Of a stretch of DNA of 64,000 nucleotides, positions 59,094 to 64,000 are shown piece after piece. Position 1 is the first letter of the stretch. Each line of letters opens with the position of its first letter. The DNA is taken from positions 3,872-67,871 of IMG/VR virus record IMGVR_UViG_3300045918_000145; one strand, written 5' to 3'. Both the position numbers and the translations under genes were made by a program. The notes under the pieces were generated by a model. It worked only from the letters and a program-made list of their open reading frames with translations. It searched no databases and was not told the origin of the DNA. Source of the stretch: a virus.

Positions 59094-59168
59094 ATGAGCA
59101 TCACTATCTTTGACATCATTGCTATCGCAGTAGTGAATGTCTTGTTGTACATCCTCGTAGTTATCTAG
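59094..59168 (+). CDS. 24-aa single-TM mini-protein MSITIFDIIAIAVVNVLLYILVVI
   Basis: Identical TAAAGGAGATATTATG start context. Confidence 0.5.
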   Translation: MSITIFDIIAIAVVNVLLYILVVI

Positions 59169-59243
59169 CCTAGCTTACCATCACAATGCCATTGCGCTTT
59201 CATAGGCAATGGCATCCTGTCTAAAGTCACATACTTCAAAGTC

Positions 59244-59259
59244 AAAACCTTTTCATAGT
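59244..59259 (+). promoter_or_regulatory. Early-region motif, copy 3
   Basis: AAAACCTTTTCATAGT. Confidence 0.65.
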
Positions 59260-59305
59260 CAGGATCGCTTAGGCGATTACATCTATCCTTGCAAGGGAGT
59301 ATCAA

Positions 59306-59545
59306 ATGAAGAAATTTGCATTCGTAGTAATGGCAATCGTGTTGGCAATGTCAGTATCAGTACCATCGTATGCAGCATATAGTGCTGCAAAGAATGACTC
59401 TGCTAAGCCTGCAGCAGCCAAGTCATCGTCAGCCACTGACAGTCATGTCACTGCAGGCAAATCTGGTAAAGGTAGTAAAGGTAAGGCCGGCAAATCTGGT
59501 AGTTTCAAATCCGGTAACTTCAAGTCAGCTGGCCGTAGTAAGTAA
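59306..59545 (+). CDS. Secreted Lys/Ser/Ala-rich early peptide
   Basis: MKKFAFVVMAIVLAMSVSVPSYA: Sec signal with an AxA-like cleavage site. Confidence 0.65.
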   Translation: MKKFAFVVMAIVLAMSVSVPSYAAYSAAKNDSAKPAAAKSSSATDSHVTAGKSGKGSKGKAGKSGSFKSGNFKSAGRSK

Positions 59546-59640
59546 TAATTGGTGAGCGTTAGGGAGTGAACTAACAGCCAAGTAAAGCCCATTCCTATTT
59601 AGGTTTGGGCTTTATACTTTAAATTAAAACTAAAGGAGAA

Positions 59641-60060
59641 ATGTATATGAGAATCGCTGAATTTCAGGGAGAATACCGATTTTTAAGTAATTTCTGGCCT
59701 GCACAAGTCACACTGGATAATGTAGTTTATCCATCTGTTGAATGTGCTTATCAAGCAGCTAAAACATTGATACTGGTAGATCGTAAACCATTTACATGTA
59801 TGAATGCTGGACAAGCAAAACGAGCAGGTAAATCACTAATTATACGTCCTGATTGGAATCAGGTGAAACTAGCAATTATGGCTAATTTAGTTAAACAGAA
59901 ATTTAATAACAACGTAGAATTGCGTGTTAAATTACTAAATACTGGTAATGATGAATTGGTTGAAGGTAACCGCTGGAATGACACCTTTTGGGGAATTTGC
60001 AATGGTAAAGGTACTAATCATCTTGGTAAAATTATCATGGATGTACGATCACAACTTTAA
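59641..60060 (+). CDS. NADAR-family protein (YbiA/DUF1768 type)
   Basis: FLSNF, YPSVECAYQAAK, KF...LLNTG..ELVEGN.W.DTFWG...G.NHLGKIIM. Confidence 0.9.
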   Translation: MYMRIAEFQGEYRFLSNFWPAQVTLDNVVYPSVECAYQAAKTLILVDRKPFTCMNAGQAKRAGKSLIIRPDWNQVKLAIMANLVKQKFNNNVELRVKLLNTGNDELVEGNRWNDTFWGICNGKGTNHLGKIIMDVRSQL

Positions 60061-60149
60061 TCTGTATGAATGCCTATTTACCTGTGACAGGTAAATACCA
60101 GGCGCAAGAACTGCGCCTTGGCATTCATAGCTAATCCAAGGAGATAATC

Positions 60150-60329
60150 ATGTTTACCTATAGCGAATTACTATGTATGGCATCAGCCATACTTTTGCAG
60201 CTTAAGAGTCCTCATTTACCAGAGGACTGCGATTATTATAAGGAGCTGAACACGCTCTATACTAAACTAGTCAAGGAGGTTGCCAATGCTCAAGATAATA
60301 GAACAAAAAGTCAGGGAGCATCCATTTAA
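60150..60329 (+). CDS. Early hypothetical protein (59 aa)
   Basis: Translated by hand; AAGGAG RBS. Confidence 0.45.
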   Translation: MFTYSELLCMASAILLQLKSPHLPEDCDYYKELNTLYTKLVKEVANAQDNRTKSQGASI

Positions 60330-60438
60330 GGATGTTGATGATCTGCATGTGTTTATTGATAAGCTATTTGACAAGCTTGTTAATGGTAGAACTACTGAAA
60401 CAACTAAGCTTGCAAAAGCACATAGGGCTTCCATATAG
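60286..60438 (+). CDS. Early hypothetical protein (50 aa)
   Basis: Translated by hand; AAGGAGG RBS. Confidence 0.5.
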   Translation: MLKIIEQKVREHPFKDVDDLHVFIDKLFDKLVNGRTTETTKLAKAHRASI

Positions 60439-60516
60439 CCTTGTGAGAGGACGATAGGGTTAGTAGCCTTATCGTCCTATGCTTTGCAATTACACACTGC
60501 TTAAAAGCACACATCT

Positions 60517-60532
60517 AAAACCTTTTCATAGT
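60517..60532 (+). promoter_or_regulatory. Early-region motif, copy 4
   Basis: AAAACCTTTTCATAGT upstream of the gp2-like gene. Confidence 0.65.
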
Positions 60533-60576
60533 CTGGCATTTATGCCTATCTGTTTCAACTATCAAGGAGAATTATC

Positions 60577-60897
60577 ATGAAGAAAACTACCACCACAACT
60601 GCTGTAAAAGCTGCACCTGCTCGCTCCGTTAAACCTGCTGTTGCTGCATCTGCAAAAGCCAAGGCTGTTGCATTTGTTAACTGGAGAATCGCTGATGACG
60701 CCGGTGAAACCCTGCTTCGCTCTACCAAAGGCTTCAGCTTGTTTGATAACGAGTATCTTACTTTGGAAGAGAAAGCTCTGATTCAACTCGCTCGTGACAA
60801 TAGCGGTTCTGCTACTGTTAAAGCTGAACTGCGTATCGTAATCCATCAGGACAAACCGGAGAGTTTGGATACTTCCAAAATCACTCTCGTCAAGTAA
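60577..60897 (+). CDS. N4 gp2-like ssDNA-binding RNAP II co-activator (tentative)
   Basis: A/T/K-rich N-terminus followed by KAKAVAFVNW; position upstream of the RNAP II genes. Confidence 0.5.
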   Translation: MKKTTTTTAVKAAPARSVKPAVAASAKAKAVAFVNWRIADDAGETLLRSTKGFSLFDNEYLTLEEKALIQLARDNSGSATVKAELRIVIHQDKPESLDTSKITLVK

Positions 60898-60912
60898 TGA
60901 ACCTGATGATTC

Positions 60913-60938
60913 TAGGGCTATCCTTTCGGATAGCCCTA
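60913..60938 (+). terminator. Terminator after the gp2-like gene
   Basis: TAGGGCTATCC-tttc-GGATAGCCCTA. Confidence 0.7.
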
Positions 60939-60969
60939 CTGTTTTGCAAACAAACTAAAGGAGATAGCC

Positions 60970-61206
60970 ATGAAAGAAAAAGAGTTTAAATGGAAAGTCT
61001 GGAAGAATGCCAAGACAGGTAAATATGTACGTGGACTGTATACCTACAACTGGGCTTCAGATAGATTCTCTGTTCACATACATGATAGATGTGGTCTTAG
61101 AAATCACGATTTTATAACATGCGATGACCACGTAAGTTTTGGTAATTATAGATTAGTTCATGACCCAAATGAATTAGATAAAGCATTAGCCTCATTCAAA
61201 AAGTAA
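60970..61206 (+). CDS. Early hypothetical protein
   Basis: AAAGGAG RBS. Confidence 0.6.
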   Translation: MKEKEFKWKVWKNAKTGKYVRGLYTYNWASDRFSVHIHDRCGLRNHDFITCDDHVSFGNYRLVHDPNELDKALASFKK

Positions 61207-61225
61207 CTATCTAAAGGAGACAGAC

Positions 61226-61984
61226 ATGCAATCTGAAGTTAAATGGATCATGAATTACCTTGATGAACGTGAGCTTATTCCAGAGATGGATAAGGCTATA
61301 AACCTTATCTATCACTATGCTAATCATGAGTATTCGTATGAGTCTAAGACTCTACGTTTGCAAGAATGGAATCCATCATCACAGGATGCTTACGCTATCT
61401 TGTGTCATATAATGATTGGATGTTTCATTCATGGTGAAATGAACTATCAAGCCATGATTGGATTCATTGCCAATGACATCAGATGTAATGATCAGATTGA
61501 CAGGATTAAGACAGCCGCTGAAGTTATTGCGCTGGCTTATCAATGTGAGCTGATTGTTATAACTAAAGTTGGTGACGTAATGGTCATAACTACAGAGTTT
61601 GAATTGGATGAGGATATCCCAGACTTTGAGTGTCATCAACCAGAATCATTTCCTTATGTTGCAGAGCATAACCAGATACTCGGTAATAGGTTCAAACAGC
61701 ATAATGAAGACACCTGTATTGAGCATATCAATACTATGAATGCTATTCCTCTTACGCTTGAGTGGAGAGTGCTTATTGATCTATCTGAATCTACTGACTC
61801 AGATGATATACACTTCATCAAGATGAGTGAAAGAACCTATGACAGTATAGGTGAACGAAAGTTCTATCTCAAGCATCACTATGACACTAGAGGTAGAGTT
61901 TACTGTCAGGGATACTATGTGAACTATCAGGGTTCACAGTATAAGAAAGCCATAGTTCAGTTGGCTAACAAGGAGCTTATATGA
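61226..61984 (+). CDS. RNA polymerase II subunit 1 (N4 gp15-like)
   Basis: LKHHYDTRGRVYCQGYYVNYQG (T7-type DxRGR motif). Confidence 0.9.
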   Translation: MQSEVKWIMNYLDERELIPEMDKAINLIYHYANHEYSYESKTLRLQEWNPSSQDAYAILCHIMIGCFIHGEMNYQAMIGFIANDIRCNDQIDRIKTAAEVIALAYQCELIVITKVGDVMVITTEFELDEDIPDFECHQPESFPYVAEHNQILGNRFKQHNEDTCIEHINTMNAIPLTLEWRVLIDLSESTDSDDIHFIKMSERTYDSIGERKFYLKHHYDTRGRVYCQGYYVNYQGSQYKKAIVQLANKELI

Positions 61985-62124
61985 AACTTGATGCTACACG
62001 CTTGCGTGATAAATGGGCGATACGACCAGTGAATCAATTGGGTACTTGTGGGTGTATTGATGGAGTGTTTTGGTCTGTTACATATCTGGAGTGTAAACCA
62101 TACAATGTACTAGAAAGGAGCTGA
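61981..62124 (+). CDS. Small hypothetical protein (47 aa)
   Basis: Translated by hand; ATGA overlap. Confidence 0.45.
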   Translation: MKLDATRLRDKWAIRPVNQLGTCGCIDGVFWSVTYLECKPYNVLERS

Positions 62125-62125
62125 T

Positions 62126-62500
62126 ATGAATACTCAGAATATCCGCAAGACATTTGATTTGCTAGAGGATCTAGCAAAGAATGGCTGTATTAAAGTTACT
62201 ATTAATAAGCCACCAGAAGAACATAAGAATTGTAGACTACCCGGCATATTTGCACTTGTGCCTGTTAGCAACAATCGTGATTTTAATATGGCTGACGGCT
62301 TGTGGACAGTATTACACAAGCATGGCGGAATGTCATGTGGTAATGGCTTAGGTAAAACTAAAGATAAGAAATACTACTGGGTACAAGGACAGAATAAAGA
62401 AGAATTCCATTCAGGTGAATATATTTATGTAGAACAAGAAACCAATAGCTATAGAAAGTGGGTATGTGAAGAACTAATCAATCAATTACTAGGAGTCTAA
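62126..62500 (+). CDS. Hypothetical protein inserted between the RNAP II subunits
   Basis: AAGGAG RBS. Confidence 0.6.
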   Translation: MNTQNIRKTFDLLEDLAKNGCIKVTINKPPEEHKNCRLPGIFALVPVSNNRDFNMADGLWTVLHKHGGMSCGNGLGKTKDKKYYWVQGQNKEEFHSGEYIYVEQETNSYRKWVCEELINQLLGV

Positions 62501-62502
62501 CT

Positions 62503-63705
62503 ATGAAATCGTTTAGCCCAATAGAGTATGTAAAGATCGACATAGCAAACCAGTTTGGCAAAGATAAACTGTCATTCGCTCAGCGTATTGCTTGGGTTGA
62601 TTCAGTTAAGGATCTGCGTAGTAAAGTACTGTTGGCTGAAAAGCCAGCTCAGTATATAGCTGCTGTATATGCTCTTGAAGATGCTATTAACAAAGTACCT
62701 TCAGGTCATCTTGTTGGCTTAGATGCTTGTGCTTCAGGCATCACAATCCTTGGCATTCTTGCTGGTTGTGAAACTACATCTAAGAACACTGGTATTGTTG
62801 GTAACAAGAGAATGGACTTCTATAAAGAGTGTACAGAAGCCATGAATGAGCTTCTTACAGAGGATGTGAACGTATCCAGGACTGACGCTAAGAAATCTAC
62901 AATGGTTCACTATTATGGCTCTAAAGCCAAGCCTAAAGAGATATTTGGTGAGGATACTGAAGAGCTTATGGCATTCTATGCAGCTCAGGAAAGTATTGCC
63001 CCAGGTGCATGCTTCATGATGCGTGAGTTGCTTAGTTCATGGCAACCATTCGTTCTGAACCATAGTCATACTCTACCTGATGGATTCAATGCTATTGTGC
63101 CTGTCTTACAGAAGTGTAAGACTAAGGTAGAAATTGATGAACTAGATCATGCAACTCTTACATATGTATATGAAGAGAATGTAGGATCAGAGAAAGGTCT
63201 AGCTGTAGCAGCTAACATGACTCATGCAGTTGACGGGTTTATAGTTAGAGAACTAGTTAGACGCTGTAACTACAGCCGTGTTCAATTATTAATGGTTAGT
63301 GCAGTACTTGATGCTAACAAAGACACAGCGGGTAATAGTATTCATGACATAGAGCGTACAGCCAATGATCATGGATTTATCAGCTTACGTGGTGCTAACT
63401 TTATTGATGCATATAGTGTACTAGAGTTTTCTAAAGAGTATCGTAAAGAACTCTATCAGTTAATCCAAGAAACACTAGCTAAACCTAGCTTCGCAGTCAT
63501 TACTATACATGATGAATTCAAGTGTCATCCGAAGTATATGAATCATCTAAGAGAATGCTATGTAACCATACTAGCAGAATTGGCTGACTCGACAGTAGGA
63601 CAGCAGATCATACGTGAGGTGAGAAATGACCCTACATATATCTTGGAGAAGATATCTAAGACCCTAGGTGATCAGATCATGAAATCAGAATACTTCCTAT
63701 CATAG
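62503..63705 (+). CDS. RNA polymerase II subunit 2 (N4 gp16-like)
   Basis: EYVKIDIANQFGKDK, motif A GLDACASG, motif B RTDAKKSTMVHYYGS, motif C IHDEF. Confidence 0.93.
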   Translation: MKSFSPIEYVKIDIANQFGKDKLSFAQRIAWVDSVKDLRSKVLLAEKPAQYIAAVYALEDAINKVPSGHLVGLDACASGITILGILAGCETTSKNTGIVGNKRMDFYKECTEAMNELLTEDVNVSRTDAKKSTMVHYYGSKAKPKEIFGEDTEELMAFYAAQESIAPGACFMMRELLSSWQPFVLNHSHTLPDGFNAIVPVLQKCKTKVEIDELDHATLTYVYEENVGSEKGLAVAANMTHAVDGFIVRELVRRCNYSRVQLLMVSAVLDANKDTAGNSIHDIERTANDHGFISLRGANFIDAYSVLEFSKEYRKELYQLIQETLAKPSFAVITIHDEFKCHPKYMNHLRECYVTILAELADSTVGQQIIREVRNDPTYILEKISKTLGDQIMKSEYFLS

Positions 63706-63709
63706 AATT

Positions 63710-63747
63710 TAGACTACTATCCTTAATTGGGTAGTAGTCTATTTTTT
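63710..63747 (+). terminator. Rho-independent terminator after RNAP II subunit 2
   Basis: TAGACTACTATCC...GGGTAGTAGTCTA-TTTTTT. Confidence 0.85.
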
Positions 63748-63763
63748 ACTTAAGAACTTTATG

Positions 63764-63789
63764 AAACGCCTCCGGCGTTTGCTTCGCTT
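63764..63789 (+). promoter_or_regulatory. Hairpin motif GCC-TCC-GGC-N9-GCTT, copy 3
   Basis: AAACGCC-TCC-GGCGTTT directly after the terminator. Confidence 0.55.
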
Positions 63790-64000
63790 CTTGTAGAATA
63801 GATACAAGAATATAGTAGTTTAAAAAACTACTAAAGCTGACACCTAACTTTTCGATTTTGACAAAAAAAGCATAACACTAGGCTGACACCTATCATCAGT
63901 TTTAACAGATTAAATTACATCTAAATTTAGACTGTCTTTAGATAGTCTACAAACTACTGAAAGGAGAACTATATGGTACGAGAAACAAATGACTGCTACA

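Noticed and set aside
61984-62503. Insertion between the RNAP II subunit genes as a novelty
   Set aside because: Small genes between these two subunits occur in other N4-like phages.

Overview
This window is most of the genome of a lytic N4-like podovirus (Schitoviridae-type), circularly permuted relative to the N4 map. Bases 1-18.4 kb (+) hold middle and replication genes: VWA metallopeptidase, Dda/RecD-like helicase, family-A DNA polymerase, RuvC-like resolvase, exonuclease, primase, AAA ATPase and SSB. Bases 18.5-57.9 kb (-) are the late operon: virion RNA polymerase, ejection and tail proteins, capsid, portal, lysis, fibres and terminase. Bases 58.2-64 kb (+) are the early region: gp2-like protein, NADAR and the two-subunit RNAP II. 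The physical genome ends probably lie near 57.3-58.2 kb. The most unusual observations are four. (1) The giant virion RNAP appears split into an 1160-aa N-terminal ejection gene and a 2549-aa catalytic gene, with a three-gene tail-fibre cassette and a promoter/mini-ORF/terminator element between them. (2) An ~870-nt intergenic region is packed with long stems and T-loop hairpins, suggesting a large ornate ncRNA or ncRNA array. (3) There are two phage-specific promoter-like motifs: N4-type triloop hairpins that unexpectedly sit outside the early region, and a non-hairpin 15-mer inside it. (4) There are candidate anti-defence genes (Tad2-like, NADAR) and an atypical spanin-like protein. All family assignments come from motifs recognised by eye; no database searches were run.
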